Shown one piece after another: positions 8,862-20,387 of a DNA stretch of 64,000 nucleotides. Each line of letters starts with the position of its first letter. Position 1 is the stretch's first letter. A program made the position numbers and the translations under genes. Below the pieces are notes generated by a model. The model was given only the letters and a program-made list of their open reading frames with translations. It was not told where the DNA came from and did not search any database. This DNA is from Gammaproteobacteria bacterium (lineage in GTDB: Bacteria; Pseudomonadota; Gammaproteobacteria; Eutrophobiales; Eutrophobiaceae), in NCBI GenBank assembly GCA_963422205.2, contig CAXMWX010000001.1:320001-384000 (forward strand). Reading direction: 5' to 3'.

Positions 8862-10178
8862 TCAGCCCCCTGATGGATGCGATTGATACTGCTGCGATTT
8901 ATACAGCGCCCTGCTCAAGTCGGCGATCAGGTCATCCGGGTCTTCGATGCCCACAGAAAGCCGCACCAGTCCTGCCGTGATGCCTGCTTCTGCCAATGCA
9001 GCGGCATCCATCCGGCCATGGGTGGTTGATGCGGGATGGATAACCAGTGATTTGGCATCCCCCACATTGGCCAGGTGTGAGAACAGGCGCAGCGACTCAA
9101 TAAATTGTTTGCCCGCCCTGCGCCCGCCTTTCAATTCAAAACTGAACACCGCCCCACACCCCGAGGGCAGCAGCCGTTCTGCCAGGGTATGATCGTGATG
9201 GGTGCTGAGTTCAGGATAGGTGACATAGTCAACGGCCTCATGCTGCGCCAGGAATTTGACGATTGTGCGGGTGTTGCTGATATGTTTTGTCATTCTGACT
9301 GTGAGCGTCTCCACGCCCTGCAAGATATAAAACGCATTGGCCGGGCTCATCGCCGCACCAAAGTCTCTCAGCCCTTCCCGCCGTGCCCGGATCAGAAAAG
9401 CCGCCGGCCCGAAGTCTTCACTGAAATCAATCTGATCAAAACCGGCATAAGGTGCAGTCAGGGTGGTCAACTTGCCCGAGCTCTCCCAGTCAAAGCGACC
9501 GGAGTCAACCACGATACCGCCGATTGCCACGCCATGCCCGCCGATAAATTTGGTCAGGGAATGGATAACGATATCCGCCCCGTGTTCAAACGGTCGCAAT
9601 AAACACGGCGGTGTCAGTGTGGAGTCCAGCATCAGTGGCAGCTGATGGTGATGGGCGATATCGGCAATCACCGGGATGTTTAACACCTCACAGCCGGGGT
9701 TGGCGATCGTCTCGGCAAAGATCAGCCGGGTGGCGGGCGTGATGGCTTTTGCAAATGCCTCGGGCCGTTGTGGGTCAACAAATGTCGTCTCGATGCCGAA
9801 GCGGGGCAGGGTATAACTCAGCAGATTATGTGTGCCACCATACAAGGCCCGTGAGGCAACGATATGACTGCCTGCCCCCGACAGCGTCGTAATGGCCAGA
9901 TGAATGGCCGCCATGCCGCTGGCCGTTGCAACCGCACCGACGCCTCCCTCCAGGGCGGCGATGCGCTCCTCCAGCACAGCCACAGTCGGATTGGAAATGC
10001 GGGAATAGACATGGCCGGAGCGGCCGAGATCAAACAACGAGGCGGCCTGCCCGGTGTCCTGAAAGACAAACGATGTGGTCTGGTATATCGGCATCGCCCT
10101 GGCACCGGTGGTGCTGTCCGGTTTCTGACCACCATGCAGGCTAAGCGTATCAAAGCCGGGGTAGTTGAGTTTTGCCAT
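8862..10178 (-). CDS. metY: O-acetylhomoserine aminocarboxypropyltransferase (MetY family)
   Basis: PIYQTTSF, YSRISNPT, HSLTKFIGGHG (PLP lysine), HLANVGDAKSLVIHPASTTH. Confidence 0.92.
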   Translation of the reverse strand: MAKLNYPGFDTLSLHGGQKPDSTTGARAMPIYQTTSFVFQDTGQAASLFDLGRSGHVYSRISNPTVAVLEERIAALEGGVGAVATASGMAAIHLAITTLSGAGSHIVASRALYGGTHNLLSYTLPRFGIETTFVDPQRPEAFAKAITPATRLIFAETIANPGCEVLNIPVIADIAHHHQLPLMLDSTLTPPCLLRPFEHGADIVIHSLTKFIGGHGVAIGGIVVDSGRFDWESSGKLTTLTAPYAGFDQIDFSEDFGPAAFLIRARREGLRDFGAAMSPANAFYILQGVETLTVRMTKHISNTRTIVKFLAQHEAVDYVTYPELSTHHDHTLAERLLPSGCGAVFSFELKGGRRAGKQFIESLRLFSHLANVGDAKSLVIHPASTTHGRMDAAALAEAGITAGLVRLSVGIEDPDDLIADLSRALYKSQQYQSHPSGG

Positions 10179-10321
10179 GATGATCGCACATTAAGATGAG
10201 AAAGCCCCTGATTATATCGCAAAGCGAGATATAAGGCTCACACTCCCCCGGCAGGATGATGGCTGCAATACTCGCCCCCGGATGACGTATAATGCCATGT
10301 TTCTTAACCAGGCGGGTCAAC

Positions 10322-11342
10322 ATGAGAGAGGCCGATCTCAGTCTATTTGAAATTGCAGTCAACTGGCTGCAACAGGGCAGTGCGCTGGCTGTTGCGACGG
10401 TGATAAAGACCTGGGGCTCCTCGCCTTGCCCGGCGGGCTCCATGTTGTTAGTGGACAGCAAGGGTAATTTCCAAGGCTCGGTTTCCGGCGGCTGTGTTGA
10501 ATCTGCCGTGATCGCCACCGCCCTTGATTGCATTGCCGAAAACAAGACAGAGCGCCTGCGCTTTGCGGTGAGCAATGATAGGGCCTGGGAGGTCGGGCTG
10601 GCCTGTGGCGGCGAGATGGATATCTGGGTTGAACCGGTCGGCGCCGAATCGGTCGGGCTGTCCCCGGCATTACTGCAACAGGCGGCGGCCGCCTGTCATG
10701 CCCAGCAATCACGGGTGCTGGTGAGGAATCTGTCCACCCATACCGCTACTCTTTATCAACCCGATTCCCTTGATGCAGCGGATGCGGATATCCAGGCGGC
10801 GGGCGCCCATTCTCTTGCCACGGATAACTGCCAGTTGCTGGAGAGACAGCGGCAGATGGTATTTATCCAGCCAGTGAATCCGGCCCTGCGTATGCTCATC
10901 ATCGGTGCTGTACACATTGCACAAAAACTGATCACCATTGCCAGCACCTGTGGTTATCATCTGGTCATTATCGATCCCCGCCAGTCGTTTGCCTCCGAAG
11001 AGCGTTTTCCTGATGTCCTGCTCCATACCGATTGGCCGGACAAGGCGCTGGAGACATTAAAACCGGATCACAGAACGGCGGTCATCACCTTAACGCATGA
11101 TCCCAAGCTGGATGAGCCGGCCCTGGCGATGGCCTTGCATTCCTCGGCATTTTATATCGGTGCCCTGGGCAAGCCAGAGGACCCATGCCGGCAGGATACA
11201 ACGCCTGGCCGGGCGGGGGGTAAGTGAGGGGCTGCTGGCAAAGATACACACCCCGGTGGGGCTGGACATCGGCGCCCGGTCGGCGGCGGAGATCGCCGTT
11301 GCCATCATGGCGGAGGTGACACAGGCGCTGCGCTGTGCATAA
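10322..11342 (+). CDS. xdhC: XdhC/CoxI family protein, frameshift at ~11171
   Basis: TWGSSP, GSVSGGCVE, GLACGG, LTHDPKLD; removing one A gives YIGALGSQRTH...PVGLDIGARSAAEIAVAIMAE. Confidence 0.88.
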
Positions 11343-11419
11343 GCGCACCGGTCATGAGTGATGGACTGCTGGCCCCGCCGATGTGCTGTCTGTTACATGC
11401 CCGGCTTATCTTTCAGGTC

Positions 11420-12595
11420 TTATCCTTCAGGGCGGGAGAAGGTCTGACAGATTTTTTCAATCTGCTCATCCGTGTGTGCGGCGCTGACACTGCATCGTAC
11501 CAGGGATTTACCGCCCGGTGTGGCTGGCGGGAAGATAAGATTGACGTAGATACCGTTTTCATACAGCCCCTGCCAGATCATCAGCGCCTGCCTCCCTTGA
11601 GTCCAGCAGGACAGCCACAACCGGGCCTGGCTCCGGCCCCACTTGATAGCCGGCAGATTGTAAATGGGCATACAGTTTCTCTCCATGTGCCCAGAGTCTC
11701 TCACGCCGGTCGGTGGCATTTTGCAGGATTTTCAAGGCGGTGCGTGTTGAGGCGATCACCGCCGGCGAAGGAGAGGCAGTAAATATAAAGGGCCGGCTGG
11801 CATAGCGCAGCAGGTTTACTGCCGCATGATTGCTGACACAATAGCCGCCGATACTGCCCAGGCTTTTACTGAAGGTGCCAACGATAAAATCGGTCTCATC
11901 AATCACACCGGCCGCCTCTACCAGCCCCCGGCCCCTGGCGCCCAGCACGCCCAGCGAGTGTGCCTCATCCACCATCAAGAGGCTGTTGTGCTGTTTTTTT
12001 ACCTCGATGATTTCCCGTATCGGCGCCCGATCCCCCAACATGCTGTAGATCCCCTCGATAATGATCAGGGTATTTCAGCGTGACTGCCAAGCCGCCCTAA
12101 GCGTTTGTCCAGGTCGTCCGGGTTGTTGTGACGAAAACGTATCACTTCCGCCCCGCTGAGTTTGCAGCCGTCATAGATGCTGGCATGGCTGTCAGCATCG
12201 ATCACAATCACATCGCCAGCCCCGGCTAGGCCGGAGATCATCGCCAGATTGGCCTGATAACCGGTGGTAAAGACGATCGCCTGTGTGCAGCCGTAGAAAT
12301 CCGCAAACTCCTTCTCCAGGGCAAGATGGCCGGCGAAGCTGCCGTTAGCCATGCGTGAGCCGGTTGTGCCGGTGCCTTGCTCATCCAGCGCCGCATGTGC
12401 GGCTGCCAGACAGTCAGCGTTGAAGGTGATGCCAAGGTAGTTGTTGGTGCCGGCCAGGATGGTTCGCCGGCCGTGAATCAGCGCTTCAGTGGGAGAGTAT
12501 ATCTCCTCTATGGGCGCACCGAAGGGATCAATGCTTTGTGATAGCAGCGCCGCCCTGTCTCTTCCCAGGGCGTGGAGTTTGTCAAGCAACGCCAT
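11420..12595 (-). CDS. spt: Serine palmitoyltransferase (class II PLP aminotransferase), 2-3 single-base frameshifts
   Basis: GTNNYLG, GTTGSRMANG, DSHASIYDG, EGIYSMLGD, DEAHS, GTFSKS, ASPSP, PPATP; indels at ~12073, ~11591 and probably ~11434. Confidence 0.88.
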
Positions 12596-12618
12596 GGCCG
12601 GCTTATCGCCCAGCCTCT

Positions 12619-12879
12619 TCAGCCCTCTTCCCGGGCCGTGATGAGTTCATGAATTTTTTCGCTCAAGTCTTTTATCGTGTGGACATCGGCGAGTACATTC
12701 ATCGGTATGGAGATATTGAATTCATCTTCAATGTCCATCAGCAGGTCCAGCACTTTCAGCGAATCCAGCCCTAGCCCATTGACGATATCGGTGTCATCCT
12801 GCAAGACGGCGTCGCTGTTGGCGATTGTCGCTAACTGCTGTTTTATCTGTTCGTCTATTTGTTGATAAGAAATACTCAT
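12619..12879 (-). CDS. Acyl carrier protein
   Basis: LGLDSL phosphopantetheine motif, IEDEFNISIP. Confidence 0.92.
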   Translation of the reverse strand: MSISYQQIDEQIKQQLATIANSDAVLQDDTDIVNGLGLDSLKVLDLLMDIEDEFNISIPMNVLADVHTIKDLSEKIHELITAREEG

Positions 12880-13796
12880 ATTAATGTCTGGCTGGTTGCC
12901 GCATCAATCGCATCGGGCAATTTAATGCGGGGCCCTCCAGCCCAGTTGCTCTGTCAGTGGGTTATTATTGCATACCCAGTCAGGATGCGTTATTTCATTT
13001 ATTTTTCCCGGTGTGAGCATGGCCGGATAGCCAGCAGACGGGCACAGTATAAATTAACTTCAGCCAGGGTGTGCAGCAATCGCAACGGGATTGGAATTTT
13101 CCTTATCTTGCGCTGCCAGACCTGCTCACCGGTGTGGATGAAGGCATCCCAGTCAAAGCCGTTTTCTGTGCCATCATCAAGCTCATAACAGCCTGAGAGG
13201 GTGGTATTTTTTAGCCATAACAACACAGCGGCGATAAGATCGTCAACATGCAGAATACCGATTCTGGATTTGACCCCCGCCGGGGTGAATAAAAATCCGC
13301 GCCGCATGGTTTTGAACATGGCCTGCATCTCCTTATCACCCGGGCCATACACGGCGGCCGGCCTGAAGATGGCCGGTGCGGGGGCCAGGCCAGCGTTTAC
13401 TATAGCCTGCTCTGCCCGATATTTGCTTTGTGCATACCAGGAACAGGTCGGTTGCCGTGCTGCCAGAGAGGATATAAACAGCAGGCGGGTGGGGTTGGCC
13501 TGGGATTTAATCGCCGCCAGCAGATGTTCGGTGCCGTGCAGATTGACATGCAGAAAATCATTCAGATGGTTACCGCGCACCACACCAGCGCAGTGGATGA
13601 CGGCATCACAGTGATGGCAGAGGTTTTGCAGACTGGCCGGGTCGTGGAGCTCGCCTGGCACCCAGTTAAGCTGCCCGGCATCCGCCCGCGGCTGGCGGGT
13701 CAGTGATTTGACCGAGATCCCGGCATGGCGCAGCGCCCTGGTGATGTGGCTACCGATGAAGCCTGTGCCACCAGTAAGCGCCACCTGCACCGGCAT
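12876..13796 (-). CDS. NAD-dependent epimerase/reductase, CerR (ceramide reductase)-like, C-terminal frameshifts
   Basis: TGGTGFIG, SSLAAR, YAQSK, PAAVYGPGD; corrected tail GYPAMLTPGKINEITHPDW ends overlapping the ACP start; position in spt operon. Confidence 0.8.
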
Positions 13797-13809
13797 GGGC
13801 TACGCCAGG

Positions 13810-15574
13810 TCAGCATGCCCCTGTTGTCCGGTTACACCAGTCAACGCGCTTGATAAAGCCGGCACGGGCGGCAACGCGGGACAATTTACCCGAGGGATGT
13901 GCGCGGCAGCGTATGTTGTGGTACCAGATCGATCTGGCAGCGAATGCCGAAACCTGCATAAATCTGCTTTTGCAGGCGGTTTATGAGCGTTTGTCGTGCG
14001 CTCGCCTCGGCCAGACGACACTCCACCACCAGCACCACGGTCGGCTCGCCGGTATCATCGTCAATGCCAAATGCCGAAGCATTGCCCATGCGTACCTCCG
14101 GCTGTTGTTCGGCCAGCTCTTCCAAATCCTGGGCGCGTATATTACGCCCGTGCGTGATGATGATATCCTTGCGCCTGCCCGTCAGGTACAAATCGCCCTC
14201 AAACAGATAGCCGAGATCGCCCGTATCCAGCCAGCCATCGGCGCGCAGGCCCTCAGTGCCGGATTCAGTCTCGCCGAGATAGCCGCTCATCAGGCTGGGG
14301 CCTTTGATCAACACCCGGCCAACGCGCAAGTCCGGCTGGGCCTCATCGTTATCGTTGACAATTTTGATGTCGTGATCGGGAATGGCGCCGCCACAATTCA
14401 CGATCTCATTGATCTTCCGCTGCTCTGACTGTATGCGAACGGCGACCCCTCTCTCGGCCATCACCAGGGCATCGACTGACATGGTATTGAGGCCCCGGCC
14501 TAACTCGGAAAACGAGACGGCCAGGGAGGCTTCCGCCAGGCCATAACACGGCAGAAAGGCACGGGCGTTGAAACCCGTGCTGGCCATCGCCCGGGCAAAA
14601 TTATCCAGAATGGCTGGCCGGATCATCTCGGCACCGACGCCAGCGATACGCCAGCAGCAGAGGTCAATTTTTTCCAAATCTGCCTGGCGTATGCGGCGGG
14701 CGCATAACTCATAGCCAAAGGGCGGCGCAAAGGCGATGCTGCATCGATTGCGACTGATCAGCCGTAACCATTGCAGCGGCCTGACGGCGAAGTCACGGGT
14801 TCGCAGATAATCAACCGATAGCTGTGAGACAATCGGCCCTAAGACAAAGCCCACCAGCCCCATGTCATGGTAAAAAGGCAACCAGGAGGCACACCGGTCG
14901 CCACGCTCTACCGCCAGGCCGTGGCGCACAATGGCTCTCAGGTTACGCATGACGGCATTGTTGGTGATGATGACACCCTGGGGGGAGCGGGTGCTGCCTG
15001 AGGTGAACTGCAAATAGGCCGGCTCGCTGGCCGTGTTCGGTGTCAGCGGGGCTGCCTTCGATGGGGAGGCGGCAGAGGAGTCAGACACATCAATGAGATG
15101 TTCGGATGCGCCGACCCACAGTAAGTCATGGCTGCCTGCTGCGGCCTCCTTCAGGAACGCCAGATAGTCGCCGGGGGCGACAGCGGCTTTTGCCTCGCCT
15201 GTGGCAAGCAGCCCGCGCAGTTGCTGCACGTAGATACGGTGACTGCCAAGGTTGGCGGGGACGGGCATGGCAAATGGCACCAGACCCGCGTACTGGCAGG
15301 CAAAAAACAGGACGATAAAGTCCATGCCTGTCTCGGCGATGAGAGCGATGTGATCGCCACGCTGTAAACCCAGCTGGTTCAGCCGGGCGCCGGTTTGCAC
15401 GGCCAGCCCTCGCAACTCGCCATAGGGCAGGGCAGCGATCAACTCGCCACTGGCATCGTAGAAATTCGCACCTGTATCGCCAGTGGCGGCGTAATCCAGC
15501 GCCTCTGTCAAGGTCGCAAATTCAGCCAGGTTCTGTGCGATGCGGTTGTGAGTCTTCGTTACATCTCGATCCAC
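13810..15574 (-). CDS. Fatty acyl-AMP ligase / acyl-ACP synthetase, frameshift at ~13895
   Basis: YLQFTSGSTRSP, SWLPFYHDMGL, CYGLAE, DTGDLG; removing one C restores LPRTSSGKLSR. Confidence 0.88.
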
Positions 15575-15817
15575 GGTCTGTCAACTCCTGACGGGGTGTT
15601 TTAACTGATTTATCAACATGCCCAATCAGGCGAGCACAGGCAGCATCCTGCCGGTTTTATCGGCAATGATCGGGCTAGTCATATAAATCGGGTTAGTTGT
15701 ATAAATTGTGTTTTCATTATTAAGCGGATGTTTACGTAGATCCGATGAGCAGTCTGTTGATACCAACACACAAGCGGTTGATGTTACACAACATTGCAAA
15801 AACATGCATCTTGATCT

Positions 15818-16291
15818 TTAATTCGCTGTCATGCTGGCAGGCCAAGCGTCTTTTAATTCGGCGGTGAGCCGGGCAAGAACAGCGGCGTTGGCAGCATGAT
15901 CAGCCAAGTTATCATACCCAAGGTCGGGCGTCCCCGGCCAACCACGATCAATAAATTCTGCACCAGCGAACTGCCGGGCTGCCGCATACCTTGGAATGAC
16001 ATGAAAATGCACATCCTTGTCGATCATCATCAGCATCAAATAGTTTACTTTATCGTAGGCAAATTTATTTTCCAGCACGGCTTCAATATCGCCTGTCACG
16101 GCAGCCAACTCGGTAAACGCTGCCCGGCTCAAGGCGGAGAGGGCCGTGGCTTTCTCAACCGCCGCCAGCACCAGCGAGCCTAAAGTCGCCTGTGCGGGTC
16201 TTAGCATCACCAGCCAGTGTACATAATGCCGAAGGATGGTGGCGGGTGCGCCAAACTTCAGCATCGTTTCATTATAATGCGCTGTCGACAT
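15818..16291 (-). CDS. HIT family hydrolase
   Basis: RPAQATLGSLVL, NYLMLMMID..VHFHVIPRY (first His of the triad degenerate). Confidence 0.88.
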   Translation of the reverse strand: MSTAHYNETMLKFGAPATILRHYVHWLVMLRPAQATLGSLVLAAVEKATALSALSRAAFTELAAVTGDIEAVLENKFAYDKVNYLMLMMIDKDVHFHVIPRYAAARQFAGAEFIDRGWPGTPDLGYDNLADHAANAAVLARLTAELKDAWPASMTAN

Positions 16292-16479
16292 CTTTATGAT
16301 TATTATGATAAAAAAGCCGGACTCTATCGCATCCCGGGCGGATCTTCCAATTTTTTCCAGTGCAGGGAATAGGCGACAGATTTCATATTGTGATTGTAAA
16401 AATACAACATGACTGCCGTATCGTGCGGCAGAACAGCATAAAATACATATAAATCATAGAGATAAAAACGACAGAATGC

Positions 16480-17619
16480 GTGGTGATGGCCGCCTTACAG
16501 ATTAAGCCGGTGAACAGCAATGCGGCGCTACGGCGCTTCATCAAGTTGCCCTGGCACATTTACGCCGACGATCCACACTGGGTACCGCCACTGTATCTTG
16601 AGCGTCGGCTGCATTTCTCCCGCCTGAATCCTTTTTTCCGGCATGGCCGCTGGGCCGCCTGGCTGGCTTGCCGTGGACAGGTGGTCGTGGGGCGGATCTG
16701 TGCACAGATTGATGAGCTGCATCGGCAGCACTACGGCCAGATGTCGGGGCATTTCGGCCTGCTGGAGGCAGTAGAGGATGCCGAGGTGTTTGCCGCCTTG
16801 CTGTATGCGGCCGAGAGCTGGCTGCTGGGGCAGGGAACCCGGCGGGTGACCGGGCCCTTCGGCCTGTCCATCAACCAGGAATCCGGCCTGCTGGTGCAGG
16901 GGTTCGATACGCCCCCGGTGGTGATGATGCCGCATGGCCGGCCCTGGTATGACGGCATGGTGCAACGGCTGGGTTATACCGTGGCACAAAACCTTCACGC
17001 CTACTGGGTGGATGTCTGTTTCGATAAGCCCCGGGCGATGCGGGCCCTGCTGAAGCGGTATGAGGGCCGGGTTCGCCTACGGGCGCTGAATCGTCGACAG
17101 TTCCGGCAGGAGTTGGCCATCATTCGTGATATTTTTAACGATGCTTGGTCGAATAACTGGGGGTTTGTGCCGATGACGGCGGCTGAAATCAACGAGTTGG
17201 GCACCAGTCTCAGGCTGTTTGTCCCCGATGGGTTTGTCCATATCGCCGAGGTGGATGAGCAGCCGGCCGCCTTTATCGTTGGCCTGCCCAATCTGCATGA
17301 GAGCGTTAAGAAGCTGAATGGCCGCTTGTTGCCGATGGGGATAGTGACCCTGATCGGCGATGTCAGCAGGCGGCGGATCAAGACCGGCCGGGTGCCCCTG
17401 ATGGGGGTGCGGCGGGCGTTGCAAAATACGCCGCTTGGCATGGCGCTGGCCTTTATGGTGATCAATGCCTTGCGGGAGCCGCTGCATGAGCACGGCATCG
17501 GCGAGGTGGAGATGTCCTGGATCCTGGAAGGTAACAGGGGTATGCGCCATATTCTCGATGCCATCGGCAGCCGACACTACAAGACCTATCGTGTGTATGA
17601 GAAACGGCTGGCGCCATGA
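16480..17619 (+). CDS. GNAT-family N-acyltransferase, bCerS (bacterial ceramide synthase)-like
   Basis: FIKLPW.IY.DDP.WVPPL, GRI.AQID, GPF.LSINQESGLL..GF, FNDAWSNNWGFVP, EMSWILE.N; context next to spt. Confidence 0.8.
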   Translation: MVMAALQIKPVNSNAALRRFIKLPWHIYADDPHWVPPLYLERRLHFSRLNPFFRHGRWAAWLACRGQVVVGRICAQIDELHRQHYGQMSGHFGLLEAVEDAEVFAALLYAAESWLLGQGTRRVTGPFGLSINQESGLLVQGFDTPPVVMMPHGRPWYDGMVQRLGYTVAQNLHAYWVDVCFDKPRAMRALLKRYEGRVRLRALNRRQFRQELAIIRDIFNDAWSNNWGFVPMTAAEINELGTSLRLFVPDGFVHIAEVDEQPAAFIVGLPNLHESVKKLNGRLLPMGIVTLIGDVSRRRIKTGRVPLMGVRRALQNTPLGMALAFMVINALREPLHEHGIGEVEMSWILEGNRGMRHILDAIGSRHYKTYRVYEKRLAP

Positions 17620-18422
17620 TCTGTAAGGTGAGTCAGGGAGCTATCGCCGTGCTGGTGCTGGCGGGCGATCGTACGGCCAACGATCCCGTGCGGCTTGCCG
17701 CCAATGCGAGCTGCAAGGCATTGGTAAGCGTGGCAGGCCAGCCCATGTTGCTGCGGGTGCTGGAGGCCCTGGCGGTGCTGGATTCAGTAGAGCGCATCAC
17801 CCTGTGCGGGCCATCGAAGCGTGCGGTTGGTAAGTCACCAGCACTACAGCGCTGGCTACAACGGGGCGATGTTGTCCATCTTGAGGCCGAGGCGAGCTTG
17901 AGCGCCAGTGTGGCGGCTGGTCTTCGCCAGGGCCAGGCGCATGAGCGGCTGTTGCTGACCACGGCAGATAATGCCTTGCTGGATGCAGAAATCCTGGCGC
18001 ATTTTCTGCAATCCTGCGAGGCGAGTGAGGCTGATTTCTGTATCGGCATGGTGAAGTATGAGACCTTGAGGCAGCAGTACCCGGGGGTGAGGCGGACGGT
18101 CCTGAAATTCAGCGATACGGCGTATTGTGGCTGCAATCTTTACTTTATCAAGACCGCCGCTGGTCGGGGGGTGATTGATCACTGGCAGGCCACACAGCAG
18201 GACAGAAAAACGCCCTGGCGCATGGTGAGCAAATTAGGCGGTGTATCAATGCTGCTGCGTTATCTGCTGGGGCGTTTATCTGTGCCGGCGGCCTGTCATG
18301 CGCTGAGTGAGCGGACCGGCATAAAAATTATCCTCATTGATGTGCCGTTTGCCCGGGCCGGGATTGATGTGGATACCGCGGCTGATCATCGGCTGGTGGA
18401 GGAGATACTCCAGCACAGATAG
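17616..18422 (+). CDS. MobA-like NTP transferase
   Basis: LVLAG, KALV.VAGQPML, LLTTADNALL, YCGCNLY, IDVD. Confidence 0.82.
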   Translation: MICKVSQGAIAVLVLAGDRTANDPVRLAANASCKALVSVAGQPMLLRVLEALAVLDSVERITLCGPSKRAVGKSPALQRWLQRGDVVHLEAEASLSASVAAGLRQGQAHERLLLTTADNALLDAEILAHFLQSCEASEADFCIGMVKYETLRQQYPGVRRTVLKFSDTAYCGCNLYFIKTAAGRGVIDHWQATQQDRKTPWRMVSKLGGVSMLLRYLLGRLSVPAACHALSERTGIKIILIDVPFARAGIDVDTAADHRLVEEILQHR

Positions 18423-18443
18423 CCGTCAGCCAGGAGCAAACAA

Positions 18444-19175
18444 TCAGGAACAGGCCGGGGCAAACAGGCGCCGGGCGGCGGCCAGGTCATCCGGGAAGTC
18501 TATCTCGCACCAGCGCTTGCCATCGATAGCACAGGGGCTGACATGCCCGTCCCCGGCCAGGGTATTGATGACGGATAAAAACCAGGCGCCAAGGCCCTGG
18601 CCTGATTTCATCTCCCCCTCCAGCCCCTGCTTGAATAGATCGCCGCCGGCATGTCTGAAATACAGCAGGCCGATGGACTCGGCATGGGTCTGGTCTGGTG
18701 GCAGGTGTTTACTGACGGCATGGATGCGCCCGGCCTGTAATTCGACCTTCATGTCATCTGCATCATACTGCGCCTTCACATCGGTGGCCAGGGTGATGTT
18801 CGCCGCCGGTGAGTGCAGCAGCGTATCCAGCAGGGCGGACTCAAACAAGGTATCGCCATTGATGATGAGGAAATCGTCCTGCATGGCAGCCCGTGCCATC
18901 CAGCAACTGGCCAGGTTATCGGCCACCTCATAAAACGGGTTATGGATGATGTGAATATTGGCGCTGGGGAAAACCGTGGCGATGTGAGAACGGACACTGT
19001 CCACATTGTAGCCGGCCACCACGTGGATCGGGCCGATGCCCGCTTGCATCAGGGTGCTTATCTGCCATGCCAGGATGGATTGATTGCCCACCTCAAGCAG
19101 GCATTTGGGGCACTCTTCGGTTAGTGGCAGCAGCCGCCGACCCTGGCCGGCACTCAGGATGATTGCCGTTATCAT
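18444..19175 (-). CDS. Phosphocholine cytidylyltransferase (LicC)-like nucleotidyltransferase
   Basis: ILSAGQGRRLLPLT..PKCL, NPFY...NL.S, INGD, DDMKV, ESIG, W.EIDFP.D. Confidence 0.85.
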   Translation of the reverse strand: MITAIILSAGQGRRLLPLTEECPKCLLEVGNQSILAWQISTLMQAGIGPIHVVAGYNVDSVRSHIATVFPSANIHIIHNPFYEVADNLASCWMARAAMQDDFLIINGDTLFESALLDTLLHSPAANITLATDVKAQYDADDMKVELQAGRIHAVSKHLPPDQTHAESIGLLYFRHAGGDLFKQGLEGEMKSGQGLGAWFLSVINTLAGDGHVSPCAIDGKRWCEIDFPDDLAAARRLFAPACS

Positions 19176-19307
19176 GGGGTTATCATGGGGCTGGCATCGT
19201 ATGAGGCGGCATTGGCTGGTATGATGCCGTTCCGGTAAACTGACTCATGCTGAAATATCATACAGTAGCCTGCACGCAGACGCATCAGTCTGCATGATCC
19301 TGTCATA

Positions 19308-20387
19308 TTGCAGATGATATCCACCCTGGAACGTTATATCAGTTATGAAGTGCTGAAGCCGATGGCGGTGGTGTTGTTGATCTTTGCCACGCTGTTTGCC
19401 TGTTTCAGCAGCGCCCGCTATCTGGCCGAGGCCGTGACCGAGACGCTGGGCCTGTATTACCTGCTGGAGTTGATCTTTCTCAAGACGTTTATTGCGCTGG
19501 AGGTGTTGACCCCGGTGGCATTGTATGTGGCGGTCATCATTGGCCTTGGCAGATTACACCGGGATCAGGAGATCATCGCCATGCGTGCCTCTGGCCTCAG
19601 TAATCGCCATATCATCCGGGCCGTGCTGTTGATCGCCGTGCCGACGGCCATTGCCGTGGGCCTGCTCTCTGTGGCTGGCCGGCCTTGGGCCTATGAGCGC
19701 AGCTACTGGCTGGATGCCCAGGCGAATGCAGATTTAAACACCGACCGCTTTCAGGCCGGGCGCTTCTACGGCAATGAGGATGCTGAACGGGTCATTTATA
19801 TCGGGCAAAAAGACCCGGACACGGGCGTGATGAGGCAGATTTTTCATTATGTGAGACGACCGGACAGCAGCGAGATCACGATGGCGAGCAGGGCAACCCG
19901 TTCACAGGTGCCGCCCGATGCAGCACCAGCGCTTAACCTGTTTCAGGGCTATGTGTACAGACTGCACCATAGCGATGCTGTGGATGAGGTGACTCAGTAC
20001 GACACGCTGGTGAGAAACCCCGACCCACAGGCCGAGGCGGTCGGCTATAAGCGCAAGGCCGCCAGCACCTTGGCACTCAGCCAGTCAGCAGAACCCACCG
20101 ATATCGCCGAGTTGCAATGGCGTTTGTCCCGGCCATTGGTGACCATCCTGCTGGCGCTGATCGCCATACCATTAAGCCGCAACTCGCCCCGGCAGGGCAA
20201 GAACGAAAGAGCGTTTATCGCCGCCTTTGTGTTTGCCGTGTATTATAACTTGAGTGGGGTTGCCAGAACCTGGGTTGAGCAGGGGCTGGTGGCGCAATTT
20301 CCGGGGATTTGGTGGTTGCATGCCCTGATGCTGGTGCTGCTGGTCATCATCTTTGCGCCGGATCCGCATCGCCGGAAGGTGTCATGA
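19308..20387 (+). CDS. lptF: LptF-family (YjgP/YjgQ) permease
   Basis: LERYI, LGRLHRDQEIIAMRASG, ELQWRLSRP, 6-TM layout. Confidence 0.88.
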   Translation: MQMISTLERYISYEVLKPMAVVLLIFATLFACFSSARYLAEAVTETLGLYYLLELIFLKTFIALEVLTPVALYVAVIIGLGRLHRDQEIIAMRASGLSNRHIIRAVLLIAVPTAIAVGLLSVAGRPWAYERSYWLDAQANADLNTDRFQAGRFYGNEDAERVIYIGQKDPDTGVMRQIFHYVRRPDSSEITMASRATRSQVPPDAAPALNLFQGYVYRLHHSDAVDEVTQYDTLVRNPDPQAEAVGYKRKAASTLALSQSAEPTDIAELQWRLSRPLVTILLALIAIPLSRNSPRQGKNERAFIAAFVFAVYYNLSGVARTWVEQGLVAQFPGIWWLHALMLVLLVIIFAPDPHRRKVS

